Shown here: positions 15,501-30,500 of the stretch, piece by piece | Position numbering within the stretch: position 1 is the stretch's first letter | Layout of the letters: every line of letters starts with the position of its first letter | Source: Tubiluchus corallicola | Taxonomy: Eukaryota > Animalia > Priapulida | Length of the DNA: 64,000 bases | NCBI GenBank assembly: GCA_030141605.1 | Contig: JAQGDQ010000007.1 | Span: 1,289,173 to 1,353,172, forward strand | Reading direction: 5' to 3' | Program-made: the position numbers and the translations under genes | Notes under the pieces: generated by a model | Database searches by the model: none | What the model was told of the DNA's origin: nothing | The model's input: only the letters and a program-made list of their open reading frames with translations

Positions 15501-18500
15501 AATTAGCGGTTCATTAATTACACACGTTATATTGTGTGTTTTTACTCAAGCGACGCTATTTCCGGTCTAAAAGGTGACCCGATTCTAGCATATCCGGTTG
15601 ATGGACGGTGCATATACACCGGCAAAATCCGATAAGTACAATTACCGTCACCTGTAGAAACAGCTCTTAAGATGGAAAGTACTGATTGTTTCTGCATAGG
15701 AAATGGCACTCAATGCAGCTGCCTGGCATTTCTTGTGCATATAAGGGGCAGTATAGCGTACCCTCACTAGAAAAGTAAATGCCCATTCACAATTCTATGC
15801 CCTTCACTAAGTAATTCATTTTTCATTTCGATACGTTGTGTGTGTTTATGTCGTTCTATATTCCTCAAATTCAGATACCTAGGACATGATAAATATTGCT
15901 AAGTTACAATATTACTACACTCGCACGTGATTCCATATATAAGCATATTATTGTTTTTAGTATCACGATCAATGAATACTCTGAAGTTATGGCATTCAAC
16001 AACTTAACCAATCTATAACATAATTACGCATTGTAATTGCAAGGATTGGTTCAGAATATCTATATCTTGTGTTCTGTATCTATTGGTGTTGGCGGCCATG
16101 ACATTGTCAGTAAAGAAAGGAATGATGAGTACTGAATAATAAGATTTAGAACATGTATAGCTGTAAAAATAATTACTGTTGTAATAGTGTTATTAAAGGG
16201 TAGGTCTAGTGTGATATGAGGGCACTTATACACTGAAAATCGCAAAAGTCTCTTTGTAAATTGCATTGAAATTGGTGAGGTATCAACATTTATATTGAAA
16301 GTATTATACTTCTGAGATGTTGCTATCGTAAATTGTGATCATAAGCAAGATGGACCAGGGCTTTTATTCAGCCTTTATTCATAGCCGTCGACTATTCCGC
16401 AAAACCAATTTTTCCTCATTTAATACATGACACTGATGAGTGTAAGTTATAGTCAGTTTCAGTTACCATACTACTTAAAATTTGCAGCTATATAATATAT
16501 ACATATATGTCTTTATTTGCCATAAATTAGATTACAATTATAATCTTCTTGCTATTTGGTGTTCACTAACTCACTAATTTCTAGAGAATAGTCTAAAGCC
16601 TAGGGATAAATATATTCTTATATAGAGTAATATGATGTGTTATTTGGAATAATCCTGAGTATTATATAGGACAGAAGTTCAACCGCTGGTGATTATGTAT
16701 TTTAAAAGTCTCTTGCGTGCTGGAATCATAAATTAAATTTTTTCTCTTTAATGAAAGTGCAATTACTATTGTTGCTGTAGACACTCAAGAACATTGGAAA
16801 AGTGTTCTGAAACTCTGTGCCTGCGCCATAAACTGTAATAAACATGTCTTCGTACTGTATTTGCGGAAGTAGACTACGCATACTATATCGTGGGGGCAAA
16901 TGGACACGTTTTTTCTCGAAAATGTTTGAGCGAAAGTACGTTAAGACAGCTTCCCGCGGTTATTGGGCAGCCGGAATTACATGAACGCAAATATTAGAGG
17001 TAGAAAGTCCCGGATTAAATGCTTTGTTCGATACACGAGAAAATAGTATATCAAGATTTGCTATCTCCGGTACGAGGATACCCTGATATCTTGGTTAATC
17101 CCATGGTTATCTTGAATAACAACAACATAATAGATTTTGAAAAGTTTAAGAATTTATCAAGGTACGGTTATTGTGTCCTCTCTGCGTGTTACTGATAGAA
17201 ATCTTCGGCCGTTAAACTGTCTGGTAAATGTAGGCTGCTTCTAATCAACGTAACAGTAATTGGACCATCTTTAGCCTCGCTGTAGTTGCTAGTTTATTTG
17301 ATTTCAAGATGCTTCACTTTCGTTGAATGTCACTACAATACTAAGGTAAGGTAATAAACTTATCATACTATATATAAGGCTGCATAGATAGTATGATATC
17401 AGGATATTCATACAAATCACAAAGTAAAAAAGTATTCAGTTTAAGACAACAATTTAGAAGCTATTCAAGCTAGAATAATTTATGGTATTAGCAATGATAT
17501 TATGTGAGACAAATTAAAAATTCTACTATACCACTAATACTGTACTACGATGACGGCGACGACTATTGCTGCCGCTGCCACTTATCTACTTATCTATCGT
17601 ACTTACTACAACCTATTTTATTGGAATACTTTGGGTATTATACGAATACGATCCAGTTCGATACGTGTAAATATGCTTTTGAAAATATTGAATGAAGTGT
17701 TCACCAGTTTTTTCTTCAAAGCACGTACAAAACATTTTTGTTGATATCAGACAACAGTAACTATTATTGCACTCCCACATTACCTGTAGCGACGCTGTAA
17801 AATTCATGCAGAGTGAAGCTCTCATCATTCTCTCCGTATTCTTTCACTTCCCTGTACAGTTTTGTCGTGCGACAAAAAGCTTGTTATGTATGCAAATTTA
17901 CAGTTTAATGCCCGACTTCTTTAACAAAACACTGCCGTGTCTACAGTACTTTCTTTACCATGTCTGCGTTGTGTTATCATCAGCGCTTTACTTTGTGCTT
18001 CTTAGCTGAATATTTTTCATCATGTGTTCTCATTGTTATAAGTACTTTCACCGTTTTCGCAATTGCTTTGTCCAATTTCAACCAATCAGTAAGTTTATAA
18101 TTATAGAAAAGTCGCAAAAATAAGAGAAACGTTTCGATGAAATCATTGACAATATTTCACATTAGATTTTGAGAGCAGCATAAAGTTACAATTTCAGACT
18201 GTGTTTTTATATAAATTTTTAGCAATAATTGCTTTCTGCATGGTGTAAACAAGGTAAATGGCCTGAAGTACAAGATTAAAACTCAGATTAAAGACACAAA
18301 TGTCACACCTAGTAAATTACTAGTTAGCTTCCATGGCGTCACTATAGCTATTTATTTTAGGTGCAGTAGACGGCTTTATTAGGGCATTCGTTTTAATATT
18401 TATTTAAAGGCCATTTACATTAATGTATAATTTACATACGGATGTCCGCAGTTATCTCAAGAGTCAGAACTCAAAAGGCCAAGAATGGCATATTTTGGCG

Positions 18501-21500
18501 TAGCTGCTACAAAGCTGCGTGGAGTTTATCCACTTGAGAAAAATACCAATATTTGATGCTTTTTAGTTTTTTTTAGTTGGGACAAGTATACTAAAGAAGA
18601 TTCAGTAAAACTGAATGTTGGTGACTAGTGAGGCCCCTGTTTTTTCCATTTGTGACTGTAACACAGCCTTCACATTTGTAAAAAGAAAAGATCACAGTCA
18701 GTGATGTGAAAGGGAATAGTGCTCAGGCCACTTCTCGGATTCTTATTATAAAGCCTGCAGCTCTGATCGTTGGTGCAAATAAACTTTCATTCCTGTACAT
18801 GTACATACTTCAGTTGAGCAGGCATCTCAAGTGCCCATATTCCTTGAAAAGAAATTAGACCACTCAAATTAAATGTAATTTTCTTCTCCATGTGCAATGA
18901 TGCAGGAAGGTGGTTTTACCTATGTTAAATGTCCGTTTCTCGATCTGTCCTGCTAAGCAATTCACTTGTGCACGCTCGTGGGGGTAAATTTGTGCTCGTT
19001 TGCTGTTTGCTCGCTAGCTATGTCCAAGGGCAGACGTGGAGATGTAGAAATTCCCATTCTTACTGTCACCTCCGCGGGTAGTAAAATATTTTGATTTAGA
19101 AAAATGTTGTGTATGTTACTGTTTTGAACGGCTTATTGAAGATATTGCAAGACGTCTCTCGCTTGCTGCTTTTGAAAACGTTGGCAACTACACTGACTAC
19201 AACAGTAATTACCAGAGGCAGCAAGAACGATAATTAGAACAAATCATCATAGCAGCAAAAGCAACAAAAACGACAACGAAAGGCAACAGCAGAGTCATGT
19301 AAACGTGTCACATATAGAAAAATATCAAATTTACCCATTTCGTCGTTATCTCGTATTAACAATCATGCGTTATCTATATTCGTGCATTCGACCACTTTCC
19401 GATTACTCTTATTTATATCACGAAACCTACTCCTACTATTACTTTTAGCACCACTACTACAGAATTTCAAGTGCCACGTTAGTATCAGAAGCAGTGGTAG
19501 AAATCCTGTGACAACAGCAGCGTTTGCGCATAGGTCCTGTACACCGTATTACAGAAAAAATAAAAAATGTATGTCGATGGGCAATGATAATTAAATTTTT
19601 CTGGACCTATATTTATGCTTGCACTTTTCATCTATGGCCTGTTATAGCATCTGGTTGTATAATCGTAAACAATTTGTAGTAATGTTACCTCCATATGTGG
19701 ACATGATTCTTAAGAAACAAATCAATCTAATCTCAAGAAATATATAACTTGACATAAAACCAAAGCTCTTATTTATTATCATAGAATTTAGAAAAATACA
19801 GGTTTTGGTCTTCATTTATCCTTATTTCAGTTTTCATTAAAGTTGATAGTTAATTATCTTAGCTGCAATAGAGCATCGCTTAAAATTAATGCAGTTACAT
19901 ATTCCATTAGTTTCACTCTCTGCTGCCAGAACTTTGAAAGAGTACTACAAATTAGTCAGTCGTCTGTGTTGGATTTTTGTGAAAGGGCTTATCACTTAAT
20001 AATCATTGCTTGGGTTAGACTGGTGATTAATTAAACAAAAAATACGCCAAGCATTTGTTTCATTAATTCTTTAGCTTTGCAACAGTTTTTTGTTCAAGCC
20101 TTACAAGACACAATTCCTGACCTAATTGTGGTTCTACTGTTTTTTGCCACCGCTTTCGTACTATGTAGTGAAAGGCGGTAAAGATTCACTGGTTAAAATG
20201 TTTTTTCGAATGACTACTTTTGAAGAACGTTAAACTAATTGCAGTGTGTCTTTTGCTTTTTGACGGTTTCCTATATTGTCGGTTAGACAGTTGCAGTCCT
20301 GAGGGCAAAGCTGTTACTGTCCCATTTTGTGACATGGAAAAGTCATTTTGACTTCTAGATGGCACCTATTGCGATAGTGATGCACATTCACTGAGTCTAT
20401 TTGTTAAAAATGTGAGTGAAATTACAACACACGTGTAACCTAGTTTAAACGCGGTTAAAAGAAATAAAATCAACATTTAAGAGTCAATTTTGCGTGATTA
20501 TCTACGAAAATATGAAAGTTTACACGCATAATTTGAAAACATTATTTTGTACACCGGGCGTCTAGATTCCCGGGGTGGGGGGGGGGGGGGGGTGAAAGAC
20601 GAAAAGTAGACAAAGAAAGAGGGAAAAGGGAATGTTACATGAATGAAAAAGCGAGCAAATAAAGAGTGACCAAATATACAAATGAAAGAAAGAATAAATA
20701 AATAAATGTATGAAAGAAAAATGAATGGACGGGTTGATATTTAGATAGACTTATAAGAGAACGAAGAAACTCGCGAAGAGCGTGACCAGAACTTTCTATG
20801 TCAACCGAACAAACCATTAAGTAGTGGGTTACATTTAAACCGGTTACCAAAACTCATGTTGATAATTTCAAAAACTTCTAGGTGACAGCATCTTACACGT
20901 GCTATTCGCACTGTGTCACTGACTACATTATGTGTACATTGGCTAATGAATACCTGCCCGCCCGTAAGAATACAGGGCCAATAACCGTGATGATAATTTA
21001 TGCGCATATTTGCACACACATTGTCGTCCGATTTAGACACCAACTTTATTTATTTAGTTTTGCCATAACGAAAATGGCTATATTCAAAATTTAGTAAATG
21101 AACCAATAATTCGTAATCTTGCAATTAAAATTATGCATAATTTGTTGTACTACAAAATTTTATAATATTCTTTTATAAGTTCTTTGTAATATTTTGAAAG
21201 CTTTGAGGCACGAGTAGTTGTAAATGGTGTACAGTAATGAACTTGTTGTTAAGAAATGTTGTTGTAAAAAAGACTTGTAAACAACAAACAGAAACAACCT
21301 CAAGTGATGGCATTGTCACATTTCATTCTGGTTGATTTTTAGGGCGATACTCAAGAGTCACAAGTTTTGAATGTACTGTTAAATAATTTTGAAAATGGAA
21401 CAAGGTTTTCACGTTGTTTGTATTGTTTGTTTAAATGGGCTTTTCATTGGCGATGTCACATCAGCAGGCACACCTATCCCTGTATAGATAGTTTTCTTCA

Positions 21501-24500
21501 TTTGGTTTTTAAAGGTACGTAGAATTTTGTTTCTATGTTGCTAGTCTTTTGTTGCTCTTTTTAAAGTACGTGATGATTTATAGCTTTTCCCATTTTTGTC
21601 TAGAAATTGTCGGTGGAGTGAACTAGCAATTGTAGCATAATGAGTCTTCTTTTGGTCCTTTTTCTAATTTTTTTTGAAGAACTGTATAGGCATATGTTTG
21701 TTGTAGTTAAATGGGCAGGCAAACCGTTGTTCCAGGCTTACACTGACTTTTTTCGATTATCTGTGCAAGAGAATCAGACGTGAGAAAAATGAAACTGATT
21801 AAGTGAAAAGCAATTAAAACAGCTTGCAAGTTTGTGGTTTCGACTTGTTTGTCCGTATTTGTATTGTGTTTGTGGCGTTGACTGGTATTTTCGCTAAATT
21901 GTTCAGCAGATATTAAAATTAGCAGTTTTTACCTGTACTACATTACTTCAGGATTTGAATTTTTTCTGATGCTGCACTATTAGCTTTATAATGACGAGCC
22001 TTATTCACAATCACATTCACAATTGAAACCTACTATTCGTTGAGGATGACTAATGTTGCCGCTGATGATGGTAAGCTGGTGATGGTGGTATCCGTGTTGT
22101 GGTTGTTGTTTTCACCATCGCCATCCATCACTCATTGCCATCGTCATCGCCATTATTTGGTCGAATTTCTCGTCATTGTTATTGTTGTCGTCGCTTTCAT
22201 ATTGTTGTTTTTTTAGTAGATAGGAAACCAGCGTCGACAACAACTTCTGCCTGAGGTTTGTGTTTGAAAACACATACCTGTAGGATAAAACTGTATTGCC
22301 CGCAGGTTTGAGTTTCAAATGATAAAACCTGAACAGGGGAGTTGCAAACTTCCAAATATTATTTCAGTACAGGAATGCATTTTGTGTAATTGAGCAGAAA
22401 AATCAGAAAAAATTATCCATACTCAAACGTTTATTTCCAGTTCTGTCACGCATGCCAACTACACCGCCTGTTATTTTTTCCCTTGCTTCCTGCGAAATTA
22501 CGATGTTTCATATTTGTGTAATTTTCAGTAATGCGCGTATTTTATCTTTGTAATGATGCATAATTACTTAATTTCAAAAATATTCATGTGGACCGCATAT
22601 TTCGTCTTTAGACAGAAGATCATTATGCTGCTAATATGATCACTTTAACTATCTTTATCTTGCACGCACATCTAAAATTAAATTGCAGTAATAATTCAAA
22701 GTTCTCATTTTGCGTCCTTCAGAAGGTAAAGAGTTACCAGTTAATCACATACTGGGGTATGTTATTTACGTTTTCTACTATAATTATTAAAGAATTTCGA
22801 GATATGCTTAAGAAAGGGAAACAGTTGTTCATTTAGCATTCAACTATTTACCGGTATGAAGACCCAGTGAAGGATAAAATAAACAACAACAAAAAATATT
22901 AGAAGGACGTCCACAAACAAAAAAAGAGTCGAAATATACCGTACATCAGAGTCATTTGCAATATTTGCCGCCAGAGCACTGCCAGATTGCACAACTCTGG
23001 TAAGCAGATCACACTAACACTTGCGTCGTATATGAATAAAGTGTAGAAGAAATAAATTTACACACTCCTGAGATGCATTGCAATCATATGTGTTTAAATT
23101 TAAAAAATTTCCTTATACCATATACGACACCCTAAGTTTCTCTAGAATATACACGCTTGTGCAAATTAATTGAACGACTGACAGATTTTACGGCATTTTT
23201 CCCACCTCTCATGGTATTTTCCAGCCATGAACTGCGACTTGCAGATTATGAAATCCCCTTAACAGCATTTCTGACATGAATTGGCCTAATTTTGCCTATT
23301 GTTATGCGAAAGTCGTTCCCTATGTTCCATGGGGAACGTCGCCAGAAATTTCTTGAAAAATGAGACCGCTAAAGTTTACTGACACGGCACCTCTTCGGAT
23401 TTAAGCCCAGTTGAAAACTTGTGGTTGATTGTCAAGCTGCGCCTGCGAGAACAGAGTGTATCGCCAGGCAGAAGCTGATAGATGTCATCATCCAGCTGTG
23501 GTACCATGTCGCTCAGATTTTTTTGTGAATTCCATGCCGAAACGAAATTATATTCCGAAAATTATCAGAGTGATTAAAATGAGTGTTTTGAATTATAAGA
23601 AAACAACGCATTTTCATTCATTTTTATGCATTGGTTCACTTAATTTACACAAGGGTGTATTTGTCTAAATTAACTCAGAGTGAACAACAATAGAAGGTAC
23701 AACAGTAAATTTTGAAAAGAAGGGATTTAACATTAGCAGAACAGTTACTAAACTTCCTTATTAAAGTATTAATGCAGACATAGAACAACTGCGTTATATA
23801 TTACAGAATTGCACCAGGTGGCTTGGAGAAACTACCGAATTTCAGATCAAATAATTTCACTACTGTTTCACACTACAAAGTTTAAACAGAAGAGTGAGTT
23901 AACACACAACGGCATTGGGCCACGACATGTAACAGATATCAGATAAGTGCAACATTATGAATCACATGTGTTGTGTGATTTATATTTGTATCAAAATTGT
24001 ATTTTTTATGCACATGGTAACAAATATGTGTCCGATAGTTCATGCCGTTATGCGTTCTGTGCTTCTAGTTGAAGCCTATATCAATCCTGAAGACTATCTT
24101 CTCTTTAGCTGTAAATTGAACTAATTTTTAATGTCACATTGCAAGCGAATGTCTCAAATTGAAATTGAATTCTCAAAATTTGTAGACTAGAAATTCCCCT
24201 AAACGTTTTTTGTTTGTTTGTCTGCTTGCTTGCTTGTTTGATATTTATGTCTGCCAGAAAGCACAATATCGGTGTTGGATAGGTTAGGGTCGTTCTACGC
24301 ACGTTTGTAAATACTGCATACATGTCGTTTTAACCACGTAGTTTATGTAAAAATTGTCCTATTTTGTGTTTTGTGTGTGTCACTATTTCCTAATCCTTCT
24401 AGGTGTTGTTCTTAATACCACGTATTCACTACCTGCGGTACCAGTACCAACCCTTGTAATTAGGAATAATTAATTCTGACACTGACCTGGTAGTAACGAT

Positions 24501-27500
24501 ATAATTTGCATCTCATTATAATACCGATGAAGCTACCGATAGAAGCGTATTCGTAATCGGTGAATTCGTCACATGTCAGCTTATCAGACAAAATATGTTT
24601 TCCGTATACAGCAAACTCTGTGAGAATTGTTTACCCATGATTGACTAAAATATCCTTTTTGCCTGTGCTTTTTCTGTGTGCATGTCAAGTTCGGGAAGTC
24701 CGTACGGCTTTTTTGTGCAGTTCGGCCTGATCCAGTGCTCAGTAGCGGACTTACTTAAAACAAAACAATCTTAAACTGTAGATCAAAACAATCTAATCTT
24801 TAAAATATTGAAGTAAACATACTATTTTTTCAAAAATGACTTACGTGAAAGAATTATTACCACACAAACACAATTTCGCGTTCGCGTTCGCGCCACTAGT
24901 TCCTCATCGTTGCATGCATTTCGCCATTCGCTAGTTAGACAGGCACCAGTGCCTGCATCTCGGAAGCGCATTGCACAAAAAACAGATGCTGTACTTCTCA
25001 ATTCAGATGTATTAGTTTGTGACGAACTACACACGTTCGACAGCTCATGCGTGAGCACAGCGGTAAATCTGAAATTTTAATTTTTTATATTAAAACTTGT
25101 CTGATTTTAGTACAACACACTGAACAACTTACAGTAGCACTGTACTTCAATTTTCGCTTTTGCAAACACGTGCAACACGCTAATGGAATATTTTTGCTGT
25201 TGAAAATTGTTAGTTAAAGATGTCATCAATAGTTGGTCTCGCCCACCATTAATTAATTATCAGAAACGCTTTTGCAGTATTAATTGTGTTAAAATGTGTT
25301 TTTATTTGACTTGAAAATGAGGTAGTATATGAAAAATCATCCTGTCTTCCTTTAACCTAGGTGGTGTGGCAGTACCAGAATCTGAGTAATTATCATGTAT
25401 AGACCCCTCAAATGAGACACTGAGCCGAATTGCTGCCTCATTCACATTCACGTATTGCATATAACGGTTGTGAATAAAGGGAATATTGGAATACAAACAT
25501 TACACATGAACTTGAAGCCGTCCAGAGACAGTTTATTCGATAGTCACTTGTCCATTTGCTAACCAGTTCCGGCGTTACTTAAAGAGGAAGAAACTTTAGG
25601 CAGTTTTAAAGTATGTTCCAAATACCTGTTTGAAATACTTATATAACTAGAAGAGAAGAGGCTTACTAATTTAAAATGTTCGCGTCTACTGATAAAATGT
25701 CACTCACTCACCTTCCTAGTGTTCAAGCTGATTCGCCAAAAATATTTTTAATTTTATTGACAAATGACAAGATGAAGTAAGTAATTTATATTTTTGCTTA
25801 GCTAGTGAAGTGTACCTAGGAATACTGTGATGATTTTTTCAAATTTACGCAATGTTACCTAAATTTGTTTCAAACAATCTACCGGTCAAATGGCTGTGCC
25901 TAACGGTCACAGAGGGAGTTTAAGTTTTCAAGTTTTATACTGCGTTGCTGATAATACAAGTGCTGTGCGCAGTTAAGGAGTAAGGTGATACAAAAGCGCA
26001 ACACGATTTTTTGCTTTATGTATGTAAAGGGTTCTCTTGTGCTTTACTTTTACAGCGAAGGTCGCACAGCTAACAGTCAGCTGTTCCCGTTGCTATATAA
26101 TTCTTCATTACTCACTTTTTCTGTATTGTATTTTTTACAATTGTACCCCCCTGGTAAAATGATCGATTTCTTAAATTCCAAAGATAAAAAAGTTTTAAAA
26201 GATTTTTCAAGTATTTATTTGCTTATCTGATTTTGCGCCATACATAGGAAATAACTTCAAAGGCATGCTTAATTTAACAAACGTTTTTCTTTTGCGGCGT
26301 GGTTGTGACACTGCTATGTTTGTTTCCAGTCTTGTTTACTGTCTGTTACATGCATTTTGATGTGCTAAGACAACCTGTAGAGTTCAGGTTATGCTAATAA
26401 ACCATTAGCTGTGTTAATTTCCATTATTAAACCCTAATGACACAGTAACCATTGTTTCAAACATTCTACCAAATCTTCAGTAGTGAAGTGTTGTAAATGA
26501 TCAAGAGCGATCAGTTTGTTAAGGGCTCATTTGCAATGTTAAATACTTTCTTTCAGTGACCTTTCACCCTTTAGTTTAAGGGTGTTGTTGAGAGGAGCCG
26601 ATTTTAACGGTGAATTTATTCTTATTTGCTGATTAATTCTCCACATGAATAGTTAGTTAGCGCGGCACTGCAACTTAATTAGCATTATTTGTTTAAATGA
26701 TCTGGCAATAGAACATAATTATGCTATCTAAAATAATCTGACTATCTGTGAGGTCGCAATTACATATGCTGAACATGTACCTTACTAAACTTACTAAACC
26801 GTTGTATATGTAATTCTGAGATCAGGATCACGTGATTTGTTTATGACGTGCAACAATGGCTGCCAAGATGCTCACAAAAGTTAGTTTCGATCCAACATCC
26901 TAACGCTAAATTTTATCAAACTTAATTTTTCAGTTTTGAAGAATTTTAAGTAACAAACTCTGGGTTCTGTGAAGAAACAAAGTACAAATACTTTAGTTTA
27001 TGGATAACTTTGCTGTGCACATCGAATTCACAGACGTAGTTATGTGCAGGATGTCCCACACATCACTATACAATTTTCATTTTCTATATTTTTAGCAAAG
27101 CAAAATATTTGAAAATTTGTACAAGTGAATTAAAATCGAGTACAATGAGTAAGCTTTGATATTTTCGCTGCCTTGTTCAAGGAACTCTATAGCTTTAGAG
27201 ACCAGTCCAATGGCAAGTCGGACATTCTGCATCAAAAAGTCGCTCACAGCCTGTGAGTGGCAAGGAATTACTGCACCTTGTTAAAAAATTATCAATATTG
27301 TCGTCCATAATTATGGTGTTCTAAATTTCCGGTAACTTCAGTTGGTGATCGAAAAACCTCATACCTGTCGTCGCTGTAGCGCCGGGGTTCCAGTCAAAAT
27401 GAATAAAAACAATTGCCAAATGCCCCTTATGATTCATGTACGAGTTTGCTGATGTCGGAGATAAATTTAAAAAGCAAATTAGAATCAAAAGTGCAAGGTG

Positions 27501-30500
27501 AGTTATGAGACACCTTATATAATAATCGCCTGTTAGAAAAGATGGCGCATAATCATTTAGTCCAGACAAACAGTATGACCCAATGGCAACTGCATATTAA
27601 TAAGTACATTCAGATGATAGTGTATAACGGAGACTGCATGCCAATCAGATTGTAATATAAGGACTGGTATCTGATTGGCACACGTATCAGTACGACGGTC
27701 ATAAATGATGACCTAAAAGTCTATATAATTGTAAAAATTGTATAGAGAGTAAAACGGCATATATAAACGGCAATTAAAATGATAATAACTTTTGATGCAT
27801 GTTATTTTTGTTAGCTTAGCGTGTAGTGTAGTATATTTGAAGGTATTGTACATGCATAATATTAATGTACAAAGATGAGTAATTGAGTGACTTCCTAATG
27901 TTAAATTTCAGTCTATCACTCTTACGTTATCCATTCGTTTGACTTTGATTTTTTTTGAGTACGTATTGAAGATGATAAAATATTATTTTCAAAGTAAATT
28001 AATATAACGAGATGTTTAAACCGTAAAACCTTCAATCGGGCGAGAGAAATGTTATTGCCAACCGAAGTAAGGCAATACTGAGACAGGTAACTAAAAAGAC
28101 TGGCGACACTCAGGAAGATCCCTTCCGCAATTTTGCCAAACATTCTGTTGTGGGCTATTTTCATCTGCCTTATTGTCTTTAACTTTGTAGTCTTCTATTT
28201 CCTCAGAGGGAATGTATATTTTAAGAAAATAGTTATATTTAAAAATAAAGTCAATATAACGGAAACGCTCGCACTATAAAAAGCTGTTCTCATTAAATTC
28301 AAAAATTTTAGTTGTCAAGTAATGCAGTACATGTTTATTGAGCAAGTAGTACTATCTCAGCTCAAGGTGATATGATGTAGCCAAAGTTAGTTGTTTAAAG
28401 ATTATTTGTTAAATACTGTATACTACACGCAATCAATCACTCAATTTTGAAACAACTCCATCCACGTTCGCCGACCCACCCCACCCCCATCTAATCGCCC
28501 ACTTCCTCAGAAAACTGCGGAACTTGATTATACCACCAGTAACTCGCTCTGATTCACTCTGTGCGATTTCAAAAAGCTATTTTAGCACTGTTAACACAAT
28601 ACTTGACATGCTACTATTAACCATCAGTAGTACTACCACTGTATTTTCAGGCAGTTTTTTTCTCCATTCTTTGTTGTGTGTTTACGTAGATGTTTATTTC
28701 CTCCACTGATATTTTTTTCATCAGTTTTTGCAGTGTCAAAATTACTCAGGTGAATTTATTATTGTCATTGCCGTTGTCAGTAGGTTTGAACCGTAGGATA
28801 AGCCAGTTATGCTTGCGTGGCGATTTAATGAAACATGTAGAATTGGGTTCAAGTAGTCAATCGCCCACACAGAAATTCAAGACATGGTTCATGTGTTAGA
28901 AATATGGCTCAATCACACCTAATCAACATTACGATTCATGTTGATTAGTCTATCAGTTGTGTTGGAAGGTAAAATTTAAGTGCCACATGCACAGCAGCAG
29001 CGAAACTACGAGCTTATATTCGTAATTAGTTGGCAACGTCATATGGAACACACACAGAAAAAAACCAAAAACAGTGCAGCTTGCAAAGTTTAGCTGAGGT
29101 TAACGTAGCCACTATAGAATAAAATGTCTAGTTTCTGCTTAGGTGTAGGCTAGGCGTAATAAGCTTTGTAGTAAATACAACACCAAGAAAACGTGACTGA
29201 TTAATGCTGACCGGCGATTTTTCCCAAATGCTCACCGAAAACAAAACATAGCGCTAAGTATGGAAGATTCTGTTCAAAATCGGTCGTGTTAAACAGGCCC
29301 AATTGGGGTAAAAACGAATAATGCACAGTAGAAAATCTAACAAAAAATAAACAGAAAATAAATGGAAAATATGCGAGCTACAGTAGTTACGCACACAGCT
29401 TCATCAAGACGCATTTCTACTCATTTTGTTTTAACACAAACTGGGTTTTGCTGTGGCAGTGAACCTTTCTCGTGTTTTAATTTTCAGATGAGAGTTGATT
29501 AAACGCGCATTTTTAACAAATTAAATTCCAAACGTTAAGCTGCGTATTTTGTACTAAATCAGGTCTTCGTGAATTTAGTTCAGCTTGTTTTGTGTTAAGT
29601 TAAATACGTACTTATTGAATTAAATTCCCTTACAATATGCTGTTATGCTGCACAGTGCCGAAACTATTGATGATTGGGCATCAAAACCGACTTACCATAG
29701 ACCTTGAATCTCTTAATTAAAGAAAGCTGTGGACAGCTTTTGAGAAATAATTAAGCCAACAAATTTTCTCGAGTATTTTGCTTGTCAAAGGGTGCTTGAT
29801 GAATTGCAGAATAATTGCGAGTGTTTTTTAATTTTGCCGAAGACTTTCGGTGTTTGCAAGGGGTTGTTCTGAAGGACGCAGAGGTCGAGTTTTTCTCTTT
29901 CTGTACGTTCTAGTTTCTGTTCTATATAATAAATTAATAATAACGCCCAATATTGCTCGTGGACTATTATAGACGTAAATTAATGCTTTTATAGTCACTT
30001 GGGCTTTTATAACTCATAATATCTTTTTATTTGCAGGCGGTTTTTTGTGTTTCTTAATATATACAAAGCTATAGTTTCAGGCAAATTATGTTAATCCAGT
30101 GTTGCTGTTTAATTCGTTCTGTGTTCTTTTAATTGATCACCAAGTAGTTTTTAGCTGTTAATTTTTATAATTTTTACTGAGACACGGCCTTTTTCATTGC
30201 CAAGATAACAACACATTTTCCTGTTTGCAGTCATGTTCAGAAAATTACGTATTATTCCGCAGTTGCCCTTGAAGGTGATGGGTTGAGAACTCAGTGGATA
30301 GTTCTAAGTACTTTTCTAGAAGACAAGCTTGAATAATAATTTTCTCCTTAGTTTGCACAACGTAATGAGTTAACTTAGGCCACAAACTGATGATTATAGT
30401 CGAAAAATGTAGGAAAGCGTAAAAAATTTTAGTGGTGTCGCTGCACAAGTTAAACCTACCATGCTTTCGTACAAGACTTAAATTGCAAAAACTTCAATTT

